NCBI GenBank assembly: GCA_951406725.2
Contig: OX597822.1
Location: 77,810,001-77,874,000, forward strand
From: Octopus vulgaris
Lineage: Eukaryota
DNA: 64,000 bases
Reading direction: 5' to 3'
The translations under genes and the position numbers were made by a program. Of the stretch, positions 12,600 to 25,561 are shown piece by piece (positions within the stretch are counted from its first letter, which is position 1; each line of letters begins with the position of its first letter). The notes beneath the pieces are model-generated. The model saw only the letters and a list, made by a program, of their open reading frames with translations, made no database searches and was not told where the DNA came from.

Positions 12600-13400
12600 G
12601 CATAATAATAACGAGAGTCAAACAAAAAGGTTATCCCTATTGACATCGGAGCATTAGGTTCAATACCACACAGTCTGGAAAAAACCTCTGAAAACCTTAG
12701 AAATACCCTAAATACCCTACAATCTGGGTGCATTGCAAAAGTCGGCATTACTTGGAACTGCATGCATATTGTGCAAAGTACTGTCTGTTTGAGGTCCTTG
12801 TTGGGACTTGACAAACAGTACAAACCCCTGGTAGACTCAATATCTTCAATCAACAACCTCACTATATTGTATACTGTGCGACGCTAATAATAATAATAAA
12901 TAATAATAATAAATAATAACAATAATAATAACAATAATAATAACAATAAAAGTGTGCATCTCCGGGATATGCCCATACACACAGATAGAGAAATTAGGGC
13001 CAACAGGCCGGATATAGTTGTCAGAGATCACCAAGAAAAAATACTTTCTAACTGATGTATCAATACCAACAGATGACAATGTTTCTCTAAAAGAAACGGA
13101 GAAACTTTCAAAAATACAAAGATCTGGAAATAAAGGTAACTCGAATGTGGAGTCTAAAAACAAACAATTCCTATCATAGTAGGTGCATTAACTATACAAA
13201 TACACAACACCAGGACTAACAAGTATATATAACATACAGAAAATAGCACTACGAGGCACCGCACTCATCTTACGTAAAACACTTTCAATACAGTAAAAAT
13301 AAGAGCATCGCAACAAACCACAACACATACCCAAGGCACACAGAGCTGCACTCGGTAGTGCAGTGAAAGCACGTGATAAAAATAAGACTACTGAGTAATG
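12600..13400 (+). mobile_element. Two further R4-like RLE 3' fragments separated and followed by (TAA)n
   Basis: KVIPIDIGALGSIP; then NRPDIVVRDH..DVSIPTDDNVSLKETEKLSK..PIIVGAL..IQKIALRGTA. Confidence 0.75.
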
Positions 13401-13402
13401 AC

Positions 13403-13437
<35 letters not shown>

Positions 13438-13794
13438 TAATAATAATAATAATAATAAATCTCCTGATGCAGTACCAGTCAGTGACTCTCGTGGCTTCCC
13501 ATCTTAACTGATTGGAAGTGATATGTACATATTTTGTAAATATTCTGCTCAATACCACAGCTTTGCTTGTCAGTTGCTTGAACATGACCAGCTGAGCATG
13601 TCCCTTAGTGGCTAACGATATGTGTACTCAAAATGTCCCTGAATAAGGATTGTTTCAGGATGACGAACGAAATGTTTCCACGGGTGAATTATTCAAACTC
13701 AAAGAATTCCTCTCAACACATGGCTATGATACTACCCCACTACTGCTCATGATCAGAGAAAACACACACACACACATATATATATATATACATA

Positions 13795-13920
13795 TATACG
13801 ACGAGCTTCTTTTTTAGTTTCCCTCTACCAAATCCACTCACAAGGCTTTGGTCGGCCCGAAGCTATAGTAGAAGACACTTGCCCAAGGTGCTACTTACCA
13901 CACAGCCACTCCTGCGCCTA
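13795..13920 (-). mobile_element. CORE-like SINE head with internal deletion
   Basis: Matches the 1323 family. Confidence 0.75.
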
Positions 13921-14102
13921 TGTTCAAAATATAAGATTCGTCTACACTTATTGTAGTTTTGAAACTGACACCGTTTTCATCCTATAAAAGATGGAAAAGT
14001 TTTCCAACAACACCCGTAGCCTTAGATATTCTGACATGGATTTCATCACCAAGAGTGCCTTTAAAGTTTGCTGTACTTCCAAGGTATTTAAATGACCTGA
14101 CC
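13921..14102 (-). mobile_element. RTE-clade LINE fragment
   Basis: VRSFKYLGS..LGDEIHVRISKATGVVGKL, the FKYLGS/EI..RI.KA motif typical of RTE. Confidence 0.7.
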
Positions 14103-14119
14103 TATAATAATAATAAATG

Positions 14120-14532
14120 ATGATATCTCCAAATTTGGGTACAAGGGCAGAGATCAACTGGTACTTATTTTATCTACCCCGAAAGGATGATTAAAAAAGT
14201 TGACCTCGGAGGAATCAGAACGTAGTGACGGACGAAATGCTGCTAAGCATTTTGCCCAGCGTGTTAACGATTTTGCCAGCGCCCCGCTTTTTAATAATAA
14301 TAATAATGATGATGATTTCAAATTTTGGCACAAGGCCAACAAGTTTGAGGGCGTGGGCGGTAGGATAAGTCGATTGCATCAACCCTAGTTTAGCTGGTAC
14401 TTATTTTATTGACCCCTGCAGGATAAAAGGTAAAGGCGACCATGGCGGAATTTGAACTCTGAACGTAAAGGCGCACGAAATGCCACTAGGAATTCTGCAC
14501 GGCGTGCTAACGATTCTGCCAGCTCGCCACCT
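14120..14532 (-). mobile_element. Two degenerate Nin-like SINE copies
   Basis: Match the 1-285 family. Confidence 0.75.
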
Positions 14533-14564
14533 TGATGATGATGATAATAATAATAATAATTCAA

Positions 14565-15185
14565 CGAACCGAAAATGTTTGAGGTAAAGAGCGCTGACTG
14601 ATTGACGAACGGACCTTGAAACAAGAGACAGAAACTCTAGTTACAACTGCTCATGAACAAGCTCTTAGAACAAATCTCATAAAGGCAAAACTTAGATAGC
14701 AAATGTAGAATCTGCAAGAAAGGAAACAAAAATGTCAGTCACCTTTTCAGTGAGTGGTGCAGCATACTAGCGCAAAAGGAGTATAAGCGCGGATATTACC
14801 GTGTAAGCAAAAGAGTAACATTGGGATGTTAGCAAAGTGTGTAGCTTCAAAGCAACAGAAAAGTGGTATGGATGCGGAAGAAAATGTGATAGAAAACGAG
14901 AACTATAAAACTGACCATGGTGGACAAAATAAACAAACAGTGTAAGATCATAGACTTTGCAGTCGCTTATGATAGCAGATTTGATACCAGTGAAATTGAA
15001 AAAAAAAATTAGAAATATCAAGATCCAACCAGGGGACAAAAAACAAAAGAAAACAATTATTTCTGTAATAATTGGTGCACTTGGCATAACACTCAAAATG
15101 GCACCCAAAAGAAAGAAAAAAAAGACTGAAAAAAACTGGAATTGAACTCACATTGTCTACATACAGAAAAGTACCATCCTATATT
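14565..15185 (+). mobile_element. R4-like non-LTR fragment (CCHC/RLE region)
   Basis: LKQETETLVTTAHEQALRTN, CRICKKGNKNVSHL, VIIGALG, IQKSTIL. Confidence 0.7.
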
Positions 15186-15186
15186 A

Positions 15187-15399
15187 TACTTTACTCTTTT
15201 ACTTGTCTCAGTCATTTGACTGCGGCCATGCTGGAGCACCGTCTTTAGTCGAACTAATGGAACTCAGGACTTATTCTTTGTAAGCATTGTACTTATTCTA
15301 TTGGTCTCTAATGCTGAGCCGCTAAGTTACGGGGACGTAAACCATACCAACATCGGTTGTCAAGCGATGGTGGGGGACAAACACAGACACGCGCCCACG

Positions 15400-15467
<68 letters not shown>

Positions 15468-15632
15468 CATACGACAGGCTTCTTTCAGTTTCCGTCTACC
15501 AAATCCTCACAAGGTTTTGGTCGCCCCGAGACTATAGTAAAAGATACTTGTCCTAGATGCCACGCAGTTGAACTGAACCCGGAACCATGTGATTGTGAAG
15601 CAAGCTTCTTACCACACAGCCACTCCTGCGCT
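15187..15632 (-). mobile_element. Full-length CORE-like SINE
   Basis: Reverse-complement match to 1323-1727. Confidence 0.85.
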
Positions 15633-15754
15633 TATATTCTGCGAGAATCCAAAGGAAGGTTCTCGAGATTTGAGGAGACGTGTAGTCACCAAGCATCAAG
15701 ATAAAATAGCTGATAACTAAATTAGCATGCAGTAGCGTAATAATGATTGAGTTC

Positions 15755-16250
15755 ATATTTTGGCGCAAGGCCAGTAATTTCGGGGAGATCTAATTTACCT
15801 CAGTAATCAACTGGTACTTATTTTATCGATCCACAAAGGATGAAAGACAAAGTCGACCTCAGCGGAATATGGACGAAATGTTGCGAAGCCTTTTGCCCGG
15901 CATGCAAACGATACTACCAACTCGCCGCCTTCGCCCAATTAAAATATTCTTTTCTACAATAGGCACAAGGCCTGAAATTTTGGTGGGAGGGCGCCAGTCG
16001 ATTAGATCGACCTCAGTACGCAACTGGTACTTAATTTGTCGACTCCGAAAGGATGAAAGGCAAAGTCGACCTCAGCGGAATTTGAACTCAGAACGTAAAG
16101 ACAGACGAAATACCGCTAAGCATTTCGCCCGGCGGGCTAACGTTTCTTATTTCTTTATTGCCCACAAGGGGCTAAACATAGAGGGGACAAACAAGGAATA
16201 CCGCTAAGCATGTCGCCCGGCGTGCTAGCATTTCTGCCAGCTCGCTTCCT
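15755..16250 (-). mobile_element. Cluster of tandem Nin-like SINE copies
   Basis: Three partial copies matching 1-285. Confidence 0.8.
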
Positions 16251-16736
16251 TTACCCGATTAAAATATTACCACGTCCCAGTTTGGGAAACACTTCGTCTT
16301 TTTCTCTCAGTAATGGAAATGCGGTAAACTGCTAAAGTCCTTAGGTGCCAACTTTAGAATAGCCTGTGATATTCATACTGGCTCTTTGATTTCAAATCTC
16401 ACGGAGATTAACCTTGCTTCTTATGGTTTCGAGGGCGATAAATAAATTAACAGTTTTGAGGTCAATTCTCCTCTCCCCACTTTCTCTCTTTCTTGATTGT
16501 ACTTTTAACTGAAATATTCAGCCAAGTCGCCTAATGTCATATATTACGACCTAAAAACTGCAGGTTTCTTTTACTTAAATTTTCACGAATAGAACACCCA
16601 AATGACCATCACCGGAGCATGGAGGATCCCCCAGCGTATTTAAAAGCTATAAGATTGGGGTTTCAGTTGCTGTCAAGTTGTGGTCTAAGCGATGGTGGTG
16701 GTGGGGGTACAAAGAGATACACAAATACATACACAC

Positions 16737-16775
<39 letters not shown>

Positions 16776-16778
<3 letters not shown>

Positions 16779-16938
16779 CGCAGGAGTGGCTGTGTGGTAA
16801 GTAGCTTGTTTACCAGCCACATGGTTCCGGGTTCAGTCCCACTGCGTGGCACCTTGGGCAAGTGTCTTCTACTATAGCCCCGGGCCGACCAAAGCCTTGT
16901 GAGTGGATTTGGTAGACGGAAACTGAAAGAAGCCCGTC

Positions 16939-16970
<32 letters not shown>

Positions 16971-17140
16971 TGTGTGTGTCTGTGTCTGTCCCCCAAGCAT
17001 TGCTTGACAACCGATGCTGGTGTGTTTATGTCCCCGTCACTTAGAGACCGATAGAATAAGTACTGGGCTTACAAAGAATAAGTCCCGGGGTCGATTTGCT
17101 CGATTAAATGACTGAAACAAGTAAAAGAGAGTAAAAGAGA

Positions 17141-17143
<3 letters not shown>
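16776..17143 (+). mobile_element. CORE-like SINE, near full length
   Basis: High similarity to 1323-1727. Confidence 0.9.
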
Positions 17144-17185
<42 letters not shown>

Positions 17186-17187
<2 letters not shown>

Positions 17188-17346
17188 ACGGGATTCTTTC
17201 AGTTTCCGTCTACCAAATCCACTCACAAAGCTTTGGTCGGCCCGAGGCTATAGAAGACATTTGCCCAAGGTATCATGCAGTGGGACTGAGCCCGGAACCA
17301 TGTAGTTGGGAAGCAAGCTTCTTACCACACAGTCACTCTTGCGCCT
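17186..17346 (-). mobile_element. CORE-like SINE 5' half, inverted relative to the 16776 copy
   Basis: Reverse complement of about 16776-16940. Confidence 0.85.
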
Positions 17347-17847
17347 ATGCACACACACACATATATGTATGTGTGTGTATGTGTGTGTGTGTATTTGTGT
17401 GTTTGTCCACATCACCGTTTAGCAATCGGTTTTTGTGTGTGTTTAGGTGCCCCGTAACTTAGATGACCGATAGAATATGCACTAGGCTTTAAAAAAAGAA
17501 AAAAGTCATGAGGTCGATTCGTTCGATTAAAATCATCCAAGGCTGTGTGCCCCAGCATGGCCTCAGTCTAATGATTGAAACAAATGAAATTTTAAAATTA
17601 CAAAGATCTTAGAATTTCTAGAGACTGGGCGTCGTGTATAAAGAAAATCTATTTAACAAAAATGGTGCCAATTTTTCAAGCTAAAAACAATTTCCCAACA
17701 GCAATCCTCAGTTTTCACCGCCGGGTAATCCTGAAAATTACTCTCTTCCAAATACCTAGTCCCCAACCGGTAAGGGACGAGGAAATTTCTGCCAGTTTAA
17801 GAATCGCAGAAGCTTCTTCACAAGCTTACTTGAACGTTATCTTTATA

Positions 17848-18445
17848 TAGTGTGTCCAAAAAGTCTCTCTACAGTGAATGTTTTCATTCTGTGCATGCGC
17901 AACTTGGCTATCACTGCGTGGACGGCCGGGTGTCAGCTATTGTGTACCCTTCAGCGTGTCGACATGCTAACTATTGAAGAACATGCGTTTTTAGTCGAAT
18001 GGATGTTTCGAGCTGGAAACAAATACACAGATACTGTGAAACAAAAGTTCAGTGAAACTTTTCCAAATACTGTTTGTTCCACATCATGACACTGTGCGGG
18101 ATTTGATATGAAAAATTAGAAACACAGGCTCAGTGGAAGACTCAGCAAGAAGCAGTAGGTAGGCCTACTGTTCTTTCAGACGAAACACTCGGCAATATTT
18201 CTGATAAATTGTTGGCAAGCCCGTCAAAGTCCTTATGCAAATCAGCCAAGGAAGTGCTGACACGGCAGTAAAAAAGAAATTAAATTTTATGTATTGAAAA
18301 TGGAGGACGACACTTTCAACTCCTCTTCTAAAGTTTTTAAACACTTGTAAAGTCGAATATATTCTTTTGTAGTCTTATACCATCTTATCAATATTTATTT
18401 TGCAATAAAATACTTACTGCGGAGAGACTTTTCTATCCGCAGTTT
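17848..18445 (+). mobile_element. Internally deleted Tc1/mariner-superfamily element
   Basis: Inverted ends AAAAGTCTCTCTACAGT / ACTGCGGAGAGACTTTT. N-terminal HTH-like peptide MLTIEEHAFLVEWMFR..VKQKFSETFPN. Confidence 0.65.
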
Positions 18446-18644
18446 AAAACCTACCAGTTTTTGTTTCAGTTATTATCAAGAATATTTGAAAGAATTCAGG
18501 ATAAATTGAGTCTAAAGTTAACTGGCTCAAGTTTTCGAGGTATTGGGCAGTCCTCAAATAGTGATTCTTACCTCAGGACGACGTATAATTGCTGACAGAT
18601 ACCGAAAGATAACGTTTATCTGAATACATAATAAATTCTTTCTA

Positions 18645-19857
18645 AATTAACCCGAAAAATGCTTTTTGTGTTCTGCTTTATACTTTTCTCTTTTTTTTTC
18701 TTTAACTATTTTTTTCTCAATAACTTGCTCCTCCTTTTTGAAATTTGAATAAATTTTACTTTCTTTCGGGCGTATGATGATGAAGTACCAAGAAGAACGA
18801 AAATGAACATTTTCAAAGCCTTCTTTTCTTCGCTTTTCAGTCAATGTTCCAACGCTGCCAAAGCCACTTGAGATGATTGCGCTATGTACAAGGAAGGCCC
18901 CATTACTAAAAGAACTGCACAGAAATGGTTTTCACGCTTCTATGAGAGAAAATTCGACCTCACCGACTCTCCGCATTTCGACTAACCTATTCAGTTCAAT
19001 AAAAATCGATTGAACAAGCTCATCCATGAAGATCGGCGCCAGTCCATTTTACAGAGAGTAGGATCACCCGTCACCTGCATTCAATGGGAAAAGAAAATTC
19101 GGTTCATGGGTTCTACATGGTCTAAATGAAAGAAACCAACTCCAGTGCTCCTCTGAATCAGTCAGTTTGTTTACTTGATACCAGGCCACGCGTGGACACA
19201 GATTTTTTTATTGCACCATCACCGGCGTTGAAAAATGGTGTCTTTAGGTCAAAATGAAAGAGAAGAAAGACTGGCCGAGGTCCGACAAGCGAGATACCAT
19301 GCCAAACTTACGACCACACAGGACAATGATCTGCGTTTGGTGAAGTTGAGAAGGGCTAAACCATTACAAAATACTTCAAAACAATTACACGGTCAATGCT
19401 GAGCTTTGTGTTCAGCAAATGCGGCAACGAGGCAATCTAACGGAAACTACTCGACCGGCGACACGGCATGCCTCATTAATGCGTCTATACTTGACCTAAC
19501 ATTGTTAATTGACCAGAAAATGCTATTCAAGAGTTCAGACGGGAAGTTCTTCCACATGTACTTTATATTTTTGATATAACGCCTTCAGGTTATCATCATC
19601 TTTTCAGTCACTTTCCAGCAGTTTGCTAGGCGTTTCGTCCAACAACGACTTGTAGTTGAAAACGCGGCTCGATAAAATCGTTGAGCCAAGACCTGTGATT
19701 TCTAAAGTCAAGGCTTTGACAAAATGCTGGAGAATTAAAAAGATTTCGTGAACAATGAGGGAGAATTTGTCGTTGACTGATTTGTTAAAACTGTTGATGA
19801 AGGGGAAAAAGGCTTAAAATAAATATAAGAAAACAACGAATTTATTTGATAACCCGA
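18645..19857 (+). mobile_element. Degenerate mariner transposon
   Basis: AQKWFSRF, WVLHGL (WVPHEL-like), ITGVEKWCL (TGDEKW-like), DITPSGYH (DLAPSDY-like). Many stops and frameshifts. Confidence 0.8.
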
Positions 19858-20034
19858 TACACACACACATACATATGGTGCAAGAGTAAAAATGAAATAT
19901 GAAGATGAGAATAAAAAAAAAAAATAGAAGAAAAGTCTTACATTTCGAAAATTCTTCTACAGAAAGAAAAGGTGAGGAGACATAAAATGGGGAGAGAAAA
20001 GAACAAAGGTGTTTCACTTAGATGGACATTGAAT

Positions 20035-20163
20035 GCATGTGTGTGTGTGCGCGCGAGTGTATGCGTGAGAGTGAGTGTGTGCGTGAGAGTGTGCGGAAAT
20101 TGTGTGCGAGTGTGTATGTGCGAGTGTGTGTGTGCGAGTGTGTGTGTGCGAGTGTGTGTGTGA

Positions 20164-20194
<31 letters not shown>

Positions 20195-20715
20195 CGAGTG
20201 TGTGTGTGTGCGAGTGTGTGTGTGCGTGCATGTGAGAGAGTGCGCATGTGAGAGTGTATATGTGCGTGTGTGAGTGTGTATGCGAGTGTGTATGCGAGTG
20301 TGCGTGAGTGTGCGTGCGTGTGTGCTTGTGAGAGAGTGCGAGTATGCGTGTGTGACTGTGCGAGTGTGCGTGCGTGCTTGTGCGAGTGCGTATGTGTGCG
20401 TGTGTTTGTGTGTGCGTGCGTGTGTGTGTATGTGTGTGCGTTTGTTTGTGTGCGTTTGTGTGTGCGCGTTTGTGTGTGCGCGTTTGTGTGTGCGCGTTTG
20501 TGTGTGCGCGTTTGTGCGTGCGCGTTTGTGCGTGCGCGTTTGTGCGTGCGCGTTTGTGCGTTTGTGTGTGTGCGCGTTTATGTGTGTGCGCGTTTATGTG
20601 TGTGCGCGTTTATGTGTGTGCGCGTTTATGTGTGTGCGCGTTTATGTGTGTGCGTGTTTATGTGTGTGCGTGTTTATGTGTTTATGTGTGTGTGTGTGTG
20701 TGTGCGTGTGTTTAC
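20035..20715. repeat. Alternating purine-pyrimidine (TG/CG) compound minisatellite
   Basis: Visible directly in sequence. Confidence 0.9.
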
Positions 20716-20878
20716 ATATATATACATAAGTATTTGTAAGTGCGCGTGTAATATGTGAGAGAAAATGAAAGAGAGAGGGAGAGAAAGAAAGAAAGAGAGA
20801 GAGAGAGAGAGTAAGTGAGTGAGCGTGCGTTGAAGGAAGTGAGACGCATACACAAATGGACAGAAAAACTAAATGCAC

Positions 20879-20941
<63 letters not shown>

Positions 20942-21295
20942 CATATACATACACAGAAAGAGAAAGGGAGGGAGGGAGAAACAGACAAATCCGGATGATT
21001 TATAAATGAGCTAATCTACTAACAGACATAAGTGACTGATCGATATAGTTACACTGGATTGATTGATCGATCGATGAAACAGAGATGACAGACAAAGAGG
21101 GAACTGTGACAGAGTCCACCCACGTAAACAGGCAGTCAGTCAGACAAAACACAGAAATATGGCCGACAGAGAAATTGTGCGAAAATTTACACGTACGCGC
21201 GCACGCACCCACACACACACGTCTGTGCGTATGTACATGTGTGTATATATGTGTGTGTATATATATATATATATATACACATACACACACACATA

Positions 21296-22178
21296 TAGGT
21301 TGCAGTGAATAAACTGTCGTCTGAATTATGCACAAATGAAATTAACACTGACATCTCTCATTAACAGATATATTTACCAAAATTACTTAAAAATATCTTG
21401 AAATACTAAAGAGTAAATTTATTCAATAAAATCACCACGAGCTTCAACCACGACCTCCAGACGACTTCGGAATCTCCTACAACTCTTCTGGGCGGTCTAC
21501 TTGTTTAAGTTGGCGAATGCTGTCAGAATCCTTGCCTTCAGTCATCTTTGGTATTACAAAGAGTTTTGTTGGTCTCTTGCCCAACTGCACCCCACATTTA
21601 ATAATCAAGGGGATTGCAGTCTGGGGAGTTAGGTGGCCAGATTTTAGGGGTGATGTGGTTACAGAAATTGTCTGACAGCCATGAACGGGTTCTCTTGCTT
21701 GTGTGGTATGGTGCAGAGTCCTGTCACCAGACACAGGGTCTTCCAGCAACCACCCTCTTGACCCAGGGCAGTACCATCTCCTCCAGGCATTTGATATAGG
21801 CCTCTGTATTGAGTTTGAGGCGGTGTGGGAAGTTAAATGGAGGCGCCACGTCGCCATCACTAGTGATCACTCCAAACACCCTGATGTTGACTGGATGTTT
21901 GATTTTCATCACTCTCAGTGCATGTCCTCAGATTGCACTGTCCTCAGGTTGACACCCTAACACCGAAATGTTCGTATTGGAGCTTCCCGCGCGAATGCCA
22001 AGCAGTACAGCTTGTCGTTTCCAAATTTCTGGAAGAGTGAATTGCGTCATGGTGCTGTTTTTCTCACAGACGGTACCCAACTGACCCTGCTATACTGTGT
22101 AGTCGACAAAATCAAAAACAAAGCGTATGCGCGAAATAAAAAATCTAAAATGGCGACAATTTACCCATCGCACCCTTT
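21296..22178 (-). mobile_element. Tc1/mariner (maT/DD37D-like) transposon relic
   Basis: KHPVNIRVFGVITSDG..LNTEAYIKCLEEMVLPW, QDSAPYH, IWPPNSPDCNPLDY. Weak inverted ends. Confidence 0.75.
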
Positions 22179-22269
22179 GCATATAGTATTTATACATATA
22201 TGATTATTATTAGCTTCAGCCAGTAGATTGTAGCATAATATCATTATAGGTGTGTGTATGTATTTTTTT

Positions 22270-22629
22270 TATTGTTTCAGTCATTTTGACTGCGGCCATA
22301 CTGGAGAACTGCTTTTTAGTCGAAGAAATTGACCTCAGAACTTATTCTTTGTAAGCCTAGTACTTATTCTATCGGGTCCCTTTTGCTGAACCACTAGATT
22401 ACGGGGAGATAAATACACAAACGTCGGTTATCTAGCGATGGTGAGAGAGACAAACACAGACACACACACACTCACATAGATACAACAGGCTTCTTTCAGT
22501 TTCCACCTACCAAATCCATTCATAAGGCTTTGCTTGGCCCGAAGCTATACTAGAAGACACTTGCCCAAGGTGCTGCGCAGTGATACTGAACCCGGAACCA
22601 TGTGGTTGTGAAGCAAGCTTCTTACCACT
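22270..22629 (-). mobile_element. CORE-like SINE
   Basis: Match to the 1323 family. Confidence 0.85.
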
Positions 22630-22679
22630 CATCGACAGATAAATGTATGTGTGTGTACATATGTACATACATGCAAATA

Positions 22680-23189
22680 CCGTAAATCCTCGAGTATAAT
22701 CCGCATTTTTTCCAAAAATTTAACGGTCAAAATCCCTCGTGCGTACTATATACGAGGTCAAAAATGAAACATATTTTCTAAGCAATGTCCGAGTCTCTAT
22801 TTGCTGTCTGGCAATGTTTATTCAAACGCATTTTGTGATGCCGGGTGCGAAAATACCTTAAGCTAAGCCTGAAAACAATGAAGTCATAAAAGAATCATCC
22901 ATAACTTGCAGTAAGCAACATTTATTAAAATAAAAGTATTCAGAACACAGAATAACATGTAACAAAAACAATTTGCAAACATATTTACATTCCCATATAA
23001 CATCACCATTATTGTATTACGCATGCGCGGAAGTGTTTGTTCGACTAGGTGCTGCTGGTTTAATTATGCACGACTCAAGTTAGAGAAGAGGTGCGTATTA
23101 TACACAAGGTTTAGGTTTTACAGTGGTACAGCCCCGCAAAACTCCCTGCGTATTATACTCAAGGGCGGACTATACTCGAGGATTTACGG
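22680..23189. mobile_element. 510-bp MITE, Tc1/mariner/pogo superfamily
   Basis: TIRs CCGTAAATCCTCGAGTATAATCCGC / GCGGACTATACTCGAGGATTTACGG (1 mismatch in 25), TA duplications, subterminal repeats TGCGTA.TATA..C.AGG. Confidence 0.9.
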
Positions 23190-23814
23190 TATGCATATAT
23201 ATGCATACTTGCATGGATACATACATACATACATACATACATACACACACACACAGACACACACGGGAGGCAGAGGGAGAGAATGAGAAAAGGAAAACCA
23301 TTGAGATGTATGGTAACTTTACGAGCATGTGCTTTTAATGCACACGTGCTTAGCCTCTCGGTGAGAAGTAGATTCTTTCCTTCTTTCGTTCACTTGTATC
23401 AACTGCCATACTGGAGCACCATCTTCAAAGGCTTCAGTCAATTATATCAATCCCAGCATTCATATTTTTCTTATTTTAATCATTGGACTGCGGCCACGCT
23501 AGAGCACTTCCTCGAAGTAATTTGAATGAACAAATAGTGAGCAGTACTTATGGATTTTTTGTTTTAAGTTTACTTATTTTATCGGTGTCTTTTGCCGAAC
23601 CGCTAAGTGATGGGAACGTAAGCAAGCCAACATTAGTTGCCAAGCTGCAAGCAGTGGTGGAGTGTATGACAAACACGAACACTAAAACACACACATGTAC
23701 AACGGGCTTCCATACAGTTTTCGTCTTACAAATTTACTCACACGCGATTGGTCAATCGATTACCTTTCGCGTAATTTCAGCGAACAGCGTTCGCGGGTTT
23801 GTGCTGATAGAAAT

Positions 23815-25157
23815 ATGAAGAAGAAAGGAAACAGAAAGTGTAAAGACACTAATAGAAAGAGAGAGAGAAAGAGGAAGAGATAGAGAGAAAAAGATAGAGA
23901 AAGAAGAAGAGATAGAGAAAGAGGAAGAGAGAGAACGTGGAAGGGAGAGAGAGAGAGAAACAGGAAGAGAGAGAGAAACAGGAAGAGAGAGAGAAACAGG
24001 AAGAGAGAGGAACAGGAAGAGAGAGAGAGAAACAAGAAGAGAAAGAGAGAGAGTGAGAGAGTGATAGAGAGAGAAAGAGGAAGAGAGATAGTGGAAGAGA
24101 GAAAGAGGAAGAGAGAAAGAGGAAGAGAGAAAGAGGAAGAGAGAAAGAGGAAGAGAGAAAGAGGAAGAGAAAAAGAGGAAGAGAGAGGGAGAGAACGTGG
24201 AAGGGAGAGAGAGGGAGAGAACGTGGAAGGGAGAGAGAGGGAGAGAACGTGGAAGGGAGAGAGAGGGAGAGAACGTGGAAGGGAGAGAGAGGGAGAGAAC
24301 GTGGAAGGGAGAGAGAGAGAGGAACAGGAAGAGAGAGAGAGAGAGAAACAGGAAGAGAGAGAGAGAGAAACGGGAAGAGAGAGAGAGAGAAACAGGAAGA
24401 GAGAGAGAGAGAAACAGGAAGAGAGAGAGAGAAACAGGAAGAGAGAGAGAGAAACAGGAAGAGAGAGAGAGAAACAGGAAGAGAGAGAGAGAAACAAGAA
24501 GAAAGAGAGAGTCAAAGAGAGAGAAAGAGGAAGAGAGAGTGTGGAAGAGGAAGAGAAATAGAGAGAGAGGAAGAGTTAGAGAAAGAGGAAGAGAGAGAGG
24601 GAGAGAACGTGGAAGGGAGAGAGAAGAACAGGAAGAGAGAGGAACAGGAAGAGAGAGACAGGAAGAGAGAGTAACAGGAAGAGAGAGAGAGAAACAGGAA
24701 GACAGAGAAACAGGAAGAGAGAGAGAAAGAGAGAAAAAGAGGAAGAGAGAGTGGAAGAGAGAAAGAGGAAGAGAAATAGAGAAAGAGGAAGAGAGAGAGA
24801 AAAAAGAGAGAGAAAAAAGAGAGAGAAAGGAGAGAGAGAAAGAAGAGAGAGAGAAAGAAGAGAGAGAGAAAGAAGAGAGAGAAAGAAGAGAGAGAGAAAG
24901 AAGAGAGAGAGAAAGAAGAGAGAGAGAAAGAGAGAGAGAGAAAGAGAGAGAGAGAAAGAGAGAGAGAGAAAGAGAGAGAGAGAAAGAAGCGAGAAAGAAA
25001 GAAGAGAGAAAGAAGGAAGAGAGAAAGAAGGAAGAGAGAAAGAAGGAAGAGAGAAAGAAGGAAGAGAGAAAGAAGGAAGAGAGAAAGAAGAGGAGAAAGG
25101 AGAGAGAGAGAGAAAGAGAGAGAGAAAGAGAAAGAGAGAAAAAAGAAGAGAGAAAAA

Positions 25158-25216
<59 letters not shown>
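23815..25216. repeat. About 1.4-kb purine-rich (GA/GAA) higher-order repeat
   Basis: Units GAGAGAGAAACAGGAA, GAGAGAACGTGGAAGG and GAAAGAAGGAAGA. Confidence 0.9.
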
Positions 25217-25219
<3 letters not shown>

Positions 25220-25222
<3 letters not shown>

Positions 25223-25561
25223 TCCGTCGGTTACGACGACGAGTGTTCCAGTTGGTCCGAACAACGGAACAGCTTGCTCGTGAAATTAACGTGGAAGTGG
25301 CTGAGCTCTCCACAGACACGGGAGACTGCGTGGCACAGAGTGTGACAAGGCTGGCCCTTTGAAATACAGGTACAACAGAAACAGGAAGAAAGAGGGAGAG
25401 AAAGTTGTGGGGAAATAGTACAGCAGGATTCGCCACCATCCCCTCGTGAAGCTTTAGGTGTTTTCGCTCAATAAACACTCACAACGCCCAGTCTGGGAAT
25501 TGAAACCGCGAACCCATGACTGCGAATCCGCTGCCCTAAAAACTGGGCCATTGCGCCTCCA
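25220..25561 (-). mobile_element. tRNA-derived SINE (GGAGGCGCAATGGCCCAG family)
   Basis: Reverse-complement match to 43393-43753. Confidence 0.85.

Noticed and set aside
23760-25478. ER-rich and LS-rich ORFs up to 382 aa
   Set aside because: Polypurine repeat open in most frames on both strands, with no evidence of coding.
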